From: a virus
Lineage: Duplodnaviria; Caudoviricetes
IMG/VR virus record: IMGVR_UViG_2711768659_000002
Span: 6,897 to 70,896 of that record
Strand: one strand, 5' to 3'
DNA: 64,000 bases
In this document: positions 40,411-50,425 of the stretch, piece by piece
Layout: every line of letters starts with the position of its first letter
Numbering within the stretch: position 1 is the first letter of the stretch
The notes under the pieces: generated by a model
What the model was told of the DNA's origin: nothing
The model's database searches: none
What the model saw: the letters and a program-made list of their open reading frames with translations, nothing else
Made by a program: the position numbers and the translations under genes

Positions 40411-40905
40411 TTACTTCTTTGAAACAATAATAAACTTACCAAAAGGGAAAGCTTTAACTGTTTGTTGAATCAATTCTCTCATCCTACCATGCCGCATCCA
40501 CCGCATAGCTGTTTCAATGGCATGTGAGGGAGGCTGTGGTTCAAACTTTCCACCCAGCTTTTCCAGGTCAACTCCGGCTACGTTGGAACGAGATTGCACT
40601 TGTTCACCAAAGATATTGGTATAAGTCCCGCGCTTTCGGCTACGAATCGTAAGGTCGGTTCCCCTGGTAGGATTCCATAAAGAGCTGCCGACATAATCTT
40701 TAAGTGCAGGGTTGAAGCGGTCCATCAGTGAACCAGTTCCAAATTCGTCCATTGCTGCCCAAGCACCACCTGAAATTCCGGCAATAATAACTCCAGCAAT
40801 ATCCTGAATATCTTCATCATGTAGACTATCTGCGCCTTCAGGTGTGAGCATGCCTTGTTTAGCCTCGGCAAGCAGCTCTTGCTGGAGTTGCTTCATGGAT
40901 GTCAT
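40411..40905 (-). CDS. Neck / tail completion protein
   Basis: [11 protein letters not shown]..., [11 protein letters not shown]; HK97 gp10-like position. Confidence 0.6.
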   Translation of the reverse strand: MTSMKQLQQELLAEAKQGMLTPEGADSLHDEDIQDIAGVIIAGISGGAWAAMDEFGTGSLMDRFNPALKDYVGSSLWNPTRGTDLTIRSRKRGTYTNIFGEQVQSRSNVAGVDLEKLGGKFEPQPPSHAIETAMRWMRHGRMRELIQQTVKAFPFGKFIIVSKK

Positions 40906-40949
40906 GAGTTCAAGCTTTAGTGCAGCAATACAGCCGGTTGAATCAAACC

Positions 40950-41348
40950 TTATCCCATACGCCCCAGTCCCTCCATAAGTAGATTTGCTTTCTGCATATA
41001 GCCAGCCTGTTTTTTGTCCCAGGGCTTTTTATATTTTTGAATATTAAATGGTGGGGCAGAGGTACGACTTTTCATAGCCATGCAGAGAATTCCGGCAAGA
41101 TAATACAAAGCGGCTGATTGAAGCTGGTTCCATTTCTTTTCATCGTCGATTTTGTTGCCCATCATCCCCATTCTCTCTAAAGCAGGAGCGATGAGCCGTT
41201 TCATACCACCGATGTTCAGGTCGGCGTCAATAATCCGATTGGGGAGAAGAGCTTCATCAGCAGTAAGCATGTGTCGCAGTTTGGCATGATAACCTTCTCC
41301 GAGATACTCAGCATATAATTCTTTTTCTTCCATAAAATTCGCCTCCAA
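40950..41348 (-). CDS. Head-tail connector-like protein
   Basis: [14 protein letters not shown] pattern similar to 41942-42367. Confidence 0.55.
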   Translation of the reverse strand: MEANFMEEKELYAEYLGEGYHAKLRHMLTADEALLPNRIIDADLNIGGMKRLIAPALERMGMMGNKIDDEKKWNQLQSAALYYLAGILCMAMKSRTSAPPFNIQKYKKPWDKKQAGYMQKANLLMEGLGRMG

Positions 41349-41355
41349 ATTTTAT

Positions 41356-41940
41356 TTATGGCCGGGTATCCGATTCTAATTGAATTCTTGATACACCAGA
41401 CATTCCTATTTCATCAATACTCGAAACTTTGTACTTGTTATCTTTGCCTTCGCCATATACAAATCTGTCAAGCAAGACAACTCCCAGTGATTTCGGCACC
41501 TGAAAAGTATATTTTGTACTATCCAATAATCCAGGGTCCTCTTGTCGGAGCCGGTAGGTTATGATTTCACCATAACAAGACACATCAGCGTGAAGTGTCT
41601 GCCACTCCTGAATTACATTGTTGTTTTCGTCAGTATCCTCAACAAACCGCATATGCTGAATAACAGCATTGCATTTGGCTGAGAAAAAGGCTGTTTCCCC
41701 AGAAGCCGGGTCGGCATTGGCTGACTGTACCAGATATTTATTTCCCAGAATATCGAGGACTTCGCCGCTTTGCAAAGCAGCATCAGCAAGAATCAAGCCT
41801 TCCCAATAGGCCTCCCTTGAACCAAGGTCTCTTGATGAACGAGTAGAACGCTTTATTGATACCTTTGAGTTGACAGGAATATCCCGGAGGATAGTACAAG
41901 TCTGGCCACGGGATTTAAGGAAGTTTCCTGCGTATGACAT
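41356..41940 (-). CDS. Head closure / head-tail joining protein
   Basis: Position; beta-rich. Confidence 0.55.
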   Translation of the reverse strand: MSYAGNFLKSRGQTCTILRDIPVNSKVSIKRSTRSSRDLGSREAYWEGLILADAALQSGEVLDILGNKYLVQSANADPASGETAFFSAKCNAVIQHMRFVEDTDENNNVIQEWQTLHADVSCYGEIITYRLRQEDPGLLDSTKYTFQVPKSLGVVLLDRFVYGEGKDNKYKVSSIDEIGMSGVSRIQLESDTRP

Positions 41941-41941
41941 G

Positions 41942-42367
41942 CTACCACCTCCGGGGCCTTGTTACAGTAAAATGTAGCAGGGAGGGAGTGACAATATCGG
42001 GGGAAGCCAATTCAATAACCTTTCCGATATACTCATCTCGCTCCACTTCAAGGTTTGCCTGTTTCTTATTCCAATCAACATTCAATTCATAGCCTTCATG
42101 AGGGCCGTTTTCTTTTGTCGGTAGCCGGGCAGGAAGAGACGAACATAATAAACGAGAGCACTCACAAACCACAGCAGCCTCGAGATAGACTTTTGCATCA
42201 TCTTCAAGGCTGCCATAATCGGGCAATTGTGATATTATGTTCGCCTCAGCCACGGTTATGTTTTCAGGTTGTTCAATAACGGAATCTGGGAGATAGGCAG
42301 CATCTATACCGAGCTTATCCCGGATACGTTGTTGCCAACCGGCTTCAGTTAAAATTCTGTTCGCCAT
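41942..42367 (-). CDS. Head-tail adaptor protein
   Basis: Directly after capsid; IRDKLG...YLPD..I...LEAAVV. Confidence 0.65.
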   Translation of the reverse strand: MANRILTEAGWQQRIRDKLGIDAAYLPDSVIEQPENITVAEANIISQLPDYGSLEDDAKVYLEAAVVCECSRLLCSSLPARLPTKENGPHEGYELNVDWNKKQANLEVERDEYIGKVIELASPDIVTPSLLHFTVTRPRRW

Positions 42368-42385
42368 AGGGGAAACACCCCCTTC

Positions 42386-43477
42386 TTATTCCAGCGTCAA
42401 AATGCGAGCACTGTTCTTTGTCATCTTCATGAAACCGCTATTCTCCGTTACGGTAAAAATTTCTGTTTGGTTTTTAATGAACCTATCAGCTTCATTGATG
42501 AGTGAACCTACTTCTACCAGTTCCGTAATACATCTGTCCCTATTAAGGGCAATAATAGCTTCTTTGTTGTTGATTTTCTCAACGTCAGGACTGTATAACA
42601 GGGTTACGGTATTTATCAGGTTTTGTGGCATCTGGACGCTCACGGTTAAACCGTTTGCAAGCAATTCGTCCATGACTCCGGCAGTCGAAACGGTTGGGTA
42701 TAAAACAGCGAGTATTTGCAGCAGACCATCAATATTGGCAACAATAGTATTTGCACCGCCATTTCTGTAGAACTGAAGTAAAAATCTTACCCATACTTCT
42801 CTGTCCAAAGATGTTTTTCCAGAAACGAGTTCGCTTGATTTTACAGTAGGTGCAGCATTGTCGTTTCCATCACCATCTTTGATAGTTGCCAATATCTCAG
42901 TCGATTTATTTTCAGCAGCGGCGTCAGCAACCTCTTCCAGCCAGACTCTGACTAAGTCCAGCGCTGACCTTCTCAGTACTTCATAAGATACCTGGAGGCC
43001 TCTGCCGTACTTATAAAACTCTACAGATGACTTACCGGGAGTTATTTTAGCCAGCGGAATATCCGAAGCCTCAGTAATTCTCCTATGCTCCACAGCCTTC
43101 TTGTTCTTCGGTTCCGTCATATCGATATAAGCACCTTTGTATGTGTTACCGTCAATCGGAGTTCTGCTCGCAACAAGGTATCTGTACAGTGGGAATTCTC
43201 TCATCCTGTTCACAACTACACGACTTGTGTACTCAGGAAACAGGGCTTTGTTTTCAGTAGTTCTCAAGAATGCTTCTCCGGTTGAAGGATAAATATTCCT
43301 TTCCGGTATTGCTTGGGTGATTATACCTCCTTCTTTAAGGAGCCTTCCGAATGCATCAATTTTACTACCCTCTGGAGAAGGATCATTCATTTCCAAATAA
43401 GAAGAGAGGGTTAATCCATTGGAAAAAGCCTCTCTGTAAGTGTCGATATTTAAATTCTGTAAAGCAATTTTTGGCAT
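42386..43477 (-). CDS. Major capsid protein
   Basis: About 363 aa after decoration protein; ITEASDIP...KYGRGLQVSYE HK97-fold pattern. Confidence 0.85.
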   Translation of the reverse strand: MPKIALQNLNIDTYREAFSNGLTLSSYLEMNDPSPEGSKIDAFGRLLKEGGIITQAIPERNIYPSTGEAFLRTTENKALFPEYTSRVVVNRMREFPLYRYLVASRTPIDGNTYKGAYIDMTEPKNKKAVEHRRITEASDIPLAKITPGKSSVEFYKYGRGLQVSYEVLRRSALDLVRVWLEEVADAAAENKSTEILATIKDGDGNDNAAPTVKSSELVSGKTSLDREVWVRFLLQFYRNGGANTIVANIDGLLQILAVLYPTVSTAGVMDELLANGLTVSVQMPQNLINTVTLLYSPDVEKINNKEAIIALNRDRCITELVEVGSLINEADRFIKNQTEIFTVTENSGFMKMTKNSARILTLE

Positions 43478-43496
43478 ATTTTCATCTCCTCTCTGA

Positions 43497-43892
43497 TTAA
43501 CCCAAAAATACGGTTGCGGTTTTTGCCGTACTGTCAACCTCGATAAATATCGGGCTTCTTAATTTTGCGGTAGTTGCGCTATCTTTGACTTTGCCAGCAC
43601 CATCCAAAGCAGCAATTTTACCGACAGTTGGTGCTGTTGCGGTTGTTATTATATCAGTCCTGTATCCTGCATATTGAACACTGCAATATCCATCATTCTC
43701 ATAAACGTCGATAAAACCAAATACGGTATCGCCATCTGCTCCAAAGTCAACTGTCTGTGCTGAGCTTACAACAACAGGCAATCCGACAACAGCATCTCTA
43801 TCTGCCGCTGCTACAAGAGCTTTAATGCCTGCACCTGCTTTGAAAGCAGCAGCAGCAAATCCTATGCCTTCGTATGAAAGTCCACCTCTCAT
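43497..43892 (-). CDS. Head decoration / capsid cement protein
   Basis: 131 aa Gly/Ala-rich between scaffold and capsid. Confidence 0.7.
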   Translation of the reverse strand: MRGGLSYEGIGFAAAAFKAGAGIKALVAAADRDAVVGLPVVVSSAQTVDFGADGDTVFGFIDVYENDGYCSVQYAGYRTDIITTATAPTVGKIAALDGAGKVKDSATTAKLRSPIFIEVDSTAKTATVFLG

Positions 43893-43962
43893 GTAAACAC
43901 TTCCTTCCCGCCCTTTAGGGCATAAAAATACCGCTCTTTAGCGGTTCAAATAGATTTTCGAA

Positions 43963-45243
43963 TTATACTCTAAAAGCCTCATCAGGGATTGACTGCGCCT
44001 GCTTCTGCTGTCCAGCCTCAGGATTTGTAAATCTGCCAGCCGGTATTTCAGCTTTTGCCTGAGCCTCAAAGGTTTTCATGATGTCTTTAATAGCTCCTGT
44101 TCCCATAGTTGAGAATGTAGTTTTCCAGGTTTCAGCAGGAAAGCCATTTCCTTGGGCACGTACGCCCATTGCTATTGCTTCATCAACAACCTGTTTGTGA
44201 TAGTCCAGGCCTTCCTTGGCAAGCTTTAGGACTTCATCAGCAGAGAGTTCTTTGCCGAGTTTTTCCTTGGCATGTTCCTCAGTCATGTAGGAATCAACTT
44301 CACCTTCCTTTGCTTCAACTTGGGGAATTGCAGCCCATTTTTCTGCAAGCTGATTGCACAATTCTTCAAAGGTTGTTTTACCTTCCTCATAAGCTACGCC
44401 AAGGGTTCCAAGCATATTTTTTAACTTTTCATTCATTGGGTTTTCACCACCTTTCAATGCAAACACTTTTTTGTGATCCGATTTTTTAACCATGGTAGTT
44501 AATTTGCCGTTATAATATTGGCCCAATACAACTGTACCGGCGTTAAGGCTTTTATAATCATCAATAACCACAAACTTTCCATTTGGATTTTCAATGACAT
44601 CTCCGTCATTCGAAAGGCTGGCACCTGGATAAGCGCCATCCCAAACAATGGATTCTTCATATAAATTTGTGTTGGAATTCTGAAGGATAACACTACTTGG
44701 CATTGCCAGAACAGTACATTTCTTTTTAGTTCCGTCAGCCATTTCATATGTAGCACCCTTCCAATGACTACATTTACCGCCGTAGTAGTTCATTCCACAA
44801 ATAGAGCAGACCATTGTATCAGTTCCCCAGCCTATAGAGGTATCTGAAAGTACGCCTGTTTCGATACGTTTTATAAGTGCATTTGCTGAAACACCGTCTA
44901 CAGCTTCATCATCACGAATAATATATTTATCCAGCGACATTGATATTGTTTCGCCGTTTTCTGTGTCCGGCTGCGTCCGACCGTCAAATACTTTACCATA
45001 AGGAACACCTTTAGAACCAAATTGGCTCCAACTATGGTTAAACATGAAGCTTACCCCAAATTGTGCATCTTTCACGCATTGCTGAAGAAACTCAGGACTC
45101 AACCTGATGGACCTTCCGGGGATTAACATATCACCAGCTGATTTATTCGAAAATGCGAATACTTCATCTTTTGATAAGTTCCTTCTGGCGAATTTCTGTA
45201 TTCTTGACAATCGCTGGTCGGTAATTTCTAAGATTTCACTCAA
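43963..45243 (-). CDS. Prohead protease plus scaffold
   Basis: FMFNHSW..PYGKVF, DTSIGW...CSICG..Y..C.H..G, EESIVWDGAYPGA; coiled-coil C-terminus; TTG start after GAAGGTGA. Confidence 0.8.
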   Translation of the reverse strand: MSEILEITDQRLSRIQKFARRNLSKDEVFAFSNKSAGDMLIPGRSIRLSPEFLQQCVKDAQFGVSFMFNHSWSQFGSKGVPYGKVFDGRTQPDTENGETISMSLDKYIIRDDEAVDGVSANALIKRIETGVLSDTSIGWGTDTMVCSICGMNYYGGKCSHWKGATYEMADGTKKKCTVLAMPSSVILQNSNTNLYEESIVWDGAYPGASLSNDGDVIENPNGKFVVIDDYKSLNAGTVVLGQYYNGKLTTMVKKSDHKKVFALKGGENPMNEKLKNMLGTLGVAYEEGKTTFEELCNQLAEKWAAIPQVEAKEGEVDSYMTEEHAKEKLGKELSADEVLKLAKEGLDYHKQVVDEAIAMGVRAQGNGFPAETWKTTFSTMGTGAIKDIMKTFEAQAKAEIPAGRFTNPEAGQQKQAQSIPDEAFRV

Positions 45244-46648
45244 ATTTATCACCTTCTTTCGAATTGGATTTTGCAGACTTCTCAGTTCGTAACATGCTGT
45301 TCCCGCCACCTGAACTGAAACTTGCACGGATGTTTTCGCTTGGTTTCCCGGTAGCTTTTTGTACCTTCATAACTTCCTGGGCAGCCACATCGTTATCAAT
45401 CCAGCCCATCAAAACAGCAATCGCGTAAAACTCCTGCTTCATCTTTTCGACGGTCATTCGCTGTTCTTCGGAATTCCAATCAACAGTGTTATGTTTAAAA
45501 TGGGGAATGGCTTGAATACCTTTTATTCTCAACCACAGGCGCATAGTTTCTTCAACAAGACGCTTGCTGCCACGTTGACAAGAAGCGATACCAGAGCAGA
45601 AAATACGGAACTGAACAGTACCCCAAGATTCAGTAACACCCTGATTTCTGTTCATAAAAATAGCCATCTGTTTCAAACCAGATAGCGTCTGAGTATCAAC
45701 CAATTCAGTTACAGCTCTTACGTCAAGGCTTCGAGCAGCATTTGCACCTTGATTCATATTTATTATTGTGTCGCTGAAATGAACATAGTCTGCATCAGGA
45801 TTCATTGTTTCCAGGGCATGAATCATGTTATCAAGTTGCTTTTGAAACCATTGTTCAAGCTTTACGGCATCATTTTTTATGTGGGCAGGACAGAGAGCAT
45901 ACATTTGCGTTATGTCCATAGAAACATCAATTTTGGGATAACCTTGGTGATGGAGAACAGCTTGCAGGTCTTGAAGTATTTGCATTTGAAAATCAATAGC
46001 TTGAAGTACCGGCGTCATGTTTAGTGTTCCTGTAGGGTCTCCAATTTCCGGGTCAGCAGGTACCCAAAAGAAGTTTGCCTGACCAGGACCAAGGTAAACT
46101 TTCTCAGTCATATTCCATTGAAACGGAACATACTTCTTTCGGCCCTTTACTTCCATTAGCTCCCATTCAATGGTCTGTGGGATTACAGGGTGAACATCAT
46201 AAATATCATTGCGCCGTTCATTGACCTCAACTTCCCAGCCCATGGCACCTCTGAAAAAGTGACTTCCGTGAACCTGGTCAAGTAAACCATCCAGGCCAGA
46301 ATTACTTATTTCATTTATCCGAGCTGCAAACTCACGCCACTGGCTTTCGACATCAGTAAGTCTGGTTTTACCATCCAATGCATAAAATTGAGCTTCATGC
46401 CCTTGATTCGCCAACCGAATAAAGTTCCACCCGGCCATTGATACATCAGGATTTACCCTTTTAAGAAAGTTGATAGCTTCAGCTTCCTCAGGAATATGTC
46501 GCAATGTTTTAAGCGTATCATATGTCCTTGATTTATGAGGAGATAAGGTTGAGTTGAATCCATTTCCGATTTGTGTACGTCTGCCCGGGGGAATATTTGT
46601 AGGTGCATCTCTTGATTTTTTTGCAAACATTTCGTTCCAAAAGGCCAT
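45236..46648 (-). CDS. Portal protein
   Basis: 470 aa between terminase and protease; P.IGDP.G...PVLQAI. Confidence 0.8.
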   Translation of the reverse strand: MAFWNEMFAKKSRDAPTNIPPGRRTQIGNGFNSTLSPHKSRTYDTLKTLRHIPEEAEAINFLKRVNPDVSMAGWNFIRLANQGHEAQFYALDGKTRLTDVESQWREFAARINEISNSGLDGLLDQVHGSHFFRGAMGWEVEVNERRNDIYDVHPVIPQTIEWELMEVKGRKKYVPFQWNMTEKVYLGPGQANFFWVPADPEIGDPTGTLNMTPVLQAIDFQMQILQDLQAVLHHQGYPKIDVSMDITQMYALCPAHIKNDAVKLEQWFQKQLDNMIHALETMNPDADYVHFSDTIINMNQGANAARSLDVRAVTELVDTQTLSGLKQMAIFMNRNQGVTESWGTVQFRIFCSGIASCQRGSKRLVEETMRLWLRIKGIQAIPHFKHNTVDWNSEEQRMTVEKMKQEFYAIAVLMGWIDNDVAAQEVMKVQKATGKPSENIRASFSSGGGNSMLRTEKSAKSNSKEGDKFE

Positions 46649-46658
46649 TTAATCACCT

Positions 46659-46931
46659 TCAATCCTTCAACATTTCTATTTTTTCAAGCAGTTGCGCCTT
46701 AGCCAAATCAATAAAACTCTGGTTCTTTTTTATAAGGTCAGAAATAAAGGCTGCATCATCCTTGGTTATCTCAATTTCACCGGTTTTAATCAAGTCATAA
46801 GCCCATGCCATTGTTTGAGCTGGTCGGTTTGTGCTTGATGTTGCCAAAATATCAGCTAATATTTCGCACAGGCGGTCATTCTGTGGAACTCCTATTAAAT
46901 CGAGGAGATTATCATCAAGATTTAGTTTCAT
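46659..46931 (-). CDS. Hypothetical protein
   Basis: GGAGG RBS before ATG 46931. Confidence 0.6.
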   Translation of the reverse strand: MKLNLDDNLLDLIGVPQNDRLCEILADILATSSTNRPAQTMAWAYDLIKTGEIEITKDDAAFISDLIKKNQSFIDLAKAQLLEKIEMLKD

Positions 46932-47325
46932 TTGGTTGGCCTCCGTATTTATTTTTCTGATTCGGCAATTCGCCATTCAGGGCCTTATCAACAAGTTTAC
47001 TTCCCATGGCATAAAACTTCTGGAATTCAGGATTCTCGGGGTCATGATTCCATCCAAGATATTCTTTCGGAGGTTTATTCAGTGCCTTACCGTACATTGA
47101 GCAAATCCCGCCATCAAGGTTTAATTTCCTGATGAATTCGGGTGGCATTTTGCCTTCAACATATAACTTCGTTAATTCGTGGTTTACCAGATTAAGTACC
47201 CCAGTCATAACCAGAACTGAATACCGAAGTTCCTCGTAGTCCGGTCTGGCATTTGATTTGCAGTCCTCAATAATTTCTGATAGATTTCTCATAAAATCAT
47301 CCTCCATTCTATTTGAATTTTTCAA
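46915..47325 (-). CDS. Hypothetical protein
   Basis: Coupled ORF in late operon. Confidence 0.6.
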   Translation of the reverse strand: MKNSNRMEDDFMRNLSEIIEDCKSNARPDYEELRYSVLVMTGVLNLVNHELTKLYVEGKMPPEFIRKLNLDGGICSMYGKALNKPPKEYLGWNHDPENPEFQKFYAMGSKLVDKALNGELPNQKNKYGGQPNETKS

Positions 47326-47548
47326 TTATCCAGCCTTGTTTCTCAAGCCTTAGGATAGCTCTTTTAAGGCCAAATTTTGTGAGCTTTTCTGCGAGCATTG
47401 TCCGGCGCTCAACAGACCATACTATATATCCACTGGGCATTTTAAATATAACCGCCCGTCTGTACCAATTCTGAACCGGTTCACCTTTTCTTGGCGGTAA
47501 TACTGGCGGGTAACACATCAAACTCGGAATATTGGTTAAGTCAATCAT
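47309..47548 (-). CDS. Hypothetical protein
   Basis: GGAGG RBS. Confidence 0.55.
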   Translation of the reverse strand: MIDLTNIPSLMCYPPVLPPRKGEPVQNWYRRAVIFKMPSGYIVWSVERRTMLAEKLTKFGLKRAILRLEKQGWIIEKFK

Positions 47549-47662
47549 TGCAGATACCTCCACATAAAATATGTAAAAGCATGCCGCACGTAGGAAGGAT
47601 GGCCTGGAGGTTTAGGCCGGACCCATAACTAAGTCCCCGTTATTCACGGCATGCAAAATTTA

Positions 47663-48214
47663 TTAACTTGATGCTTTTAAAGCTTCTTCCGAATAGGGTA
47701 AATATTTAGCTCTTGCTTCAATCACAGCCTTTTCAGCTACTTTGATATCTGTAAAACGTCCAAGGTAAATTGTTTTACCTCCAACCCGACAATCTGCAAC
47801 ATAAACACCAGGTGTATTTTTGACGGGATATACTCCTCGGATTCCAGTTTGACTTTTTCTTGTGGCTTGCTTTCTGTTCTGAATGTTTTTCCCAACAGGA
47901 ACAGCACGTAAATTACACCTTCTATTGTCAAGCGTGTTATGATTTATATGGTCAATATCATAACCCGGCTTAGCGTTCATAATCAGCCTATGCATTTGAA
48001 GGAATTTTCTTTTTTCTCCAATAACATAAGTACGCCCTGTAGCATATAAATTTCGGCGCCTTTTATTTTGACTACCATTTACAGTCCATTTCATAGGGAC
48101 ACTACCGACAAGTTCAAAATCAGCAGTATCTATTAAAACCTCGAGACGACTACCATCTATTTTGTCAATAAATATTGTCGTGACATCTCCGCGAATTTCA
48201 TATTTATTTCTCAT
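47663..48214 (-). CDS. Free-standing HNH endonuclease with C-terminal AP2 domain
   Basis: MHRLIM...IDHINHNTLDNRRCNLR; GIRGV..Y.A..IYLGRF....A..A....R..Y. Confidence 0.9.
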   Translation of the reverse strand: MRNKYEIRGDVTTIFIDKIDGSRLEVLIDTADFELVGSVPMKWTVNGSQNKRRRNLYATGRTYVIGEKRKFLQMHRLIMNAKPGYDIDHINHNTLDNRRCNLRAVPVGKNIQNRKQATRKSQTGIRGVYPVKNTPGVYVADCRVGGKTIYLGRFTDIKVAEKAVIEARAKYLPYSEEALKASS

Positions 48215-48312
48215 ATTTGTCGCTCCTCTCAATAGCGCTCCCAAATTTTAAGCATAAGAAAAGGACGGGGGAGCGAATTCCCGTCCTGTCAGTGTTGCAA
48301 CACTGTCTTATG
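48215..48312 (-). ncRNA. Structured 5' leader (three-way junction plus loop-RBS pseudoknot) of the HNH-AP2 gene
   Basis: Outer stem CAUAAGA/UCUUAUG; hairpins CAGUG/CACUG and AGGACGGG/CCCGUCCU; loop UCGCUCC complementary to RBS GGAGCGA. Confidence 0.7.
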
Positions 48313-48326
48313 TAATATTTGTAATA

Positions 48327-49889
48327 TCAACTTGCCCTTACAACTCCAGTCATTCGGAACATACCTGGTAGCACAAGAGCTGGAGCTTGAAAATCGGCAA
48401 AGCAGAAATATAAAGCACTAACAATATCGTCGTAGTCTGAATCTGTTCCGTTATGGTATTGTGTTGATTGTCCTGGCCGGTTAACCGAGATATATCCTTT
48501 TAACTGATTTTCTGTTTCCTGGCTCCATGGAATCTCACACCACTGTTGCTCAACCACAATTGAGAAATCATCAACAAGCTTTTCTTTATTACGGCCTTGC
48601 TCGTTAATAGGGAAGACGGTTAATCCTCTTTTGACAAGCTGGGAACCTATTGTTTCACCGATACCGGTTTGACCGAAGTTAACTGAAGCTCCGTTATATA
48701 GCCGGGAATAGAAAGCTATTCTATCCCACTGCGAATCCCAGCCAAGTCCAATCATTTGGTCAATTTTAACAACACGACCTTTACTGTTTCTTATTACAAC
48801 AGGTTTACCATCACCTTTGGAAGCTGGATCATGTCCGAGAGTGTATGTCTCAAACGGCTCAGGTTCTTCCCACAGTCTCCAGAACTCATTAACTTGCTCA
48901 TCAGTCAGACCGGCAGGAGCTTTCCTTAAAACTCTTTCGTAATTCGGGAAAACGGAATTAATATCTGCAATAAACTCAGCAAGATAATCCTGACGATACC
49001 GGTTCTTTGACATTCTGCGCTCGAGGTTTTCTCTATAAATACGGCCGTTCTTTGTAACTTCGTTTCCTCGGACCGCCATATATGGATTATCCCAGGTAGT
49101 AAACTTCCATGACTCCCAATCAGGGTCCCAATCAGAAGTACCTTTTTGCCCCCAGCGCCACATTTTATAAAAATAATTCATGCCGAGTGGGGAAGAGTTA
49201 ATCAGTGCAACGCCGCCTTTACCTTCAAGACCGCGGCCAGGAGAATTAAGACGTGCCTCAAGGTTTGACCATACATCTTCCATATCTGAAATTCTGGCAG
49301 CTTCCGTGATAGTTACAAGGTCAAGACCGACACCGACCAAAGCTTCAGGGTCATAGGCAGAATGAACTTCAATAACACCGCCATTTACTGTTTCAATTGT
49401 TCTTGTCGTTTTTGAAACATCGACAACTATTTCTTTCGGTAGGTTATGCGTAAGCTCACGCCAGTTCTGGTTAGCTACCTTCTCTGTAGGAGCAATTATC
49501 CACCAAAGCGCATAAGGAACCATGTCAGAACCACGATCTTCATTAAGGCATTTAATAAAGTAATCAATGCCTTCCATGATTGAGCAACGGTCCTTACCCC
49601 ATCTGGCGCCACATGCCAATACTTTGAATCTTGCTTCACTATTGTGAACCAGTTCCTGCCCCCAATGAGGAGTATAGTCGGCAGAGATATTGATACCGCC
49701 TCTGGCATTTGCCATTCGACATTCAGGGCAGGTCTTAAAGGAAGTATAAGACTCGTACTCAGGGCGCCAGATTTGAGAGAATGGCCTGCCGCATTGCTCA
49801 CACATTGAAACTCTATCGCTGGTCGAGTGTTGTATTAACTTTTCATTTTTTTGTTGGATTATTGAGACTGAACCGCCTTTTCGGGGCAT
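48327..49889 (-). CDS. terL: Terminase large subunit with N-terminal Zn-finger
   Basis: CGARWGKD Walker A, LVTITEAA Walker B, GHDPASKGD nuclease and DDIVSAL motifs. Confidence 0.9.
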   Translation of the reverse strand: MPRKGGSVSIIQQKNEKLIQHSTSDRVSMCEQCGRPFSQIWRPEYESYTSFKTCPECRMANARGGINISADYTPHWGQELVHNSEARFKVLACGARWGKDRCSIMEGIDYFIKCLNEDRGSDMVPYALWWIIAPTEKVANQNWRELTHNLPKEIVVDVSKTTRTIETVNGGVIEVHSAYDPEALVGVGLDLVTITEAARISDMEDVWSNLEARLNSPGRGLEGKGGVALINSSPLGMNYFYKMWRWGQKGTSDWDPDWESWKFTTWDNPYMAVRGNEVTKNGRIYRENLERRMSKNRYRQDYLAEFIADINSVFPNYERVLRKAPAGLTDEQVNEFWRLWEEPEPFETYTLGHDPASKGDGKPVVIRNSKGRVVKIDQMIGLGWDSQWDRIAFYSRLYNGASVNFGQTGIGETIGSQLVKRGLTVFPINEQGRNKEKLVDDFSIVVEQQWCEIPWSQETENQLKGYISVNRPGQSTQYHNGTDSDYDDIVSALYFCFADFQAPALVLPGMFRMTGVVRAS

Positions 49890-49925
49890 AAAAATCACCT
49901 GCCATAAGCAGGCTCAAAGGCTCAT

Positions 49926-50066
49926 TCAAATATTAATTTCAACTTCTTTTTTGCAGTGTTTGCACCATAGGTAAATTTTATGAGCTTTACTACCTGTTAT
50001 TAACCGGCATAGCTTCTGTCCACATTCTGGGCATGTACTCCAGATTATATCTATATCCTCTGGCAT
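49926..50066 (-). CDS. Small Zn-ribbon (Com-like) protein
   Basis: CPECGQKL...LWCKHCKKEVEI. Confidence 0.65.
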   Translation of the reverse strand: MPEDIDIIWSTCPECGQKLCRLITGSKAHKIYLWCKHCKKEVEINI

Positions 50067-50098
50067 CTTAGATGATTCATCTAAGTAAATATAATTGC

Positions 50099-50407
50099 TC
50101 AAAATATCAACCCCCTTACCGGAAGCCCCGAAGCTTTGAGCTGTTGCCAAATTTGAAGGAAAAAGCTTCTGAACCATAGTGAATATTTAATGATATGGGG
50201 TGAATCGCAAAAATTAATAGGCTCTTCCATGTTTAGTGGCTCACCTTCGGATAATGCAAGTTTAACAGAATAAGCTAGAGTTTTTCCAGACTGTCTACCT
50301 CCAAACCAGTAAGGACCGTCATGAAATAAATATTCAGTTTGTCCTGGGTAAAGTTTTATGTCCAAAGCCTTTTCAATTAAGGGAATGGTTTCTTCGGTTA
50401 TTTTCAA
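50099..50407 (-). CDS. Small protein resembling the N-terminus of a terminase/helicase ATPase
   Basis: LYPGQ plus GGRQSGKT P-loop with no downstream Walker B. Confidence 0.6.
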   Translation of the reverse strand: MKITEETIPLIEKALDIKLYPGQTEYLFHDGPYWFGGRQSGKTLAYSVKLALSEGEPLNMEEPINFCDSPHIIKYSLWFRSFFLQIWQQLKASGLPVRGLIF

Positions 50408-50425
50408 TTTGACCGCCTCCGATAC

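Noticed and set aside
47663-48326. Group I intron carrying the HNH-AP2 gene
   Set aside because: terL ends intact with its nuclease motifs upstream and portal is intact downstream; no split gene or intron core recognised, so the endonuclease is free-standing
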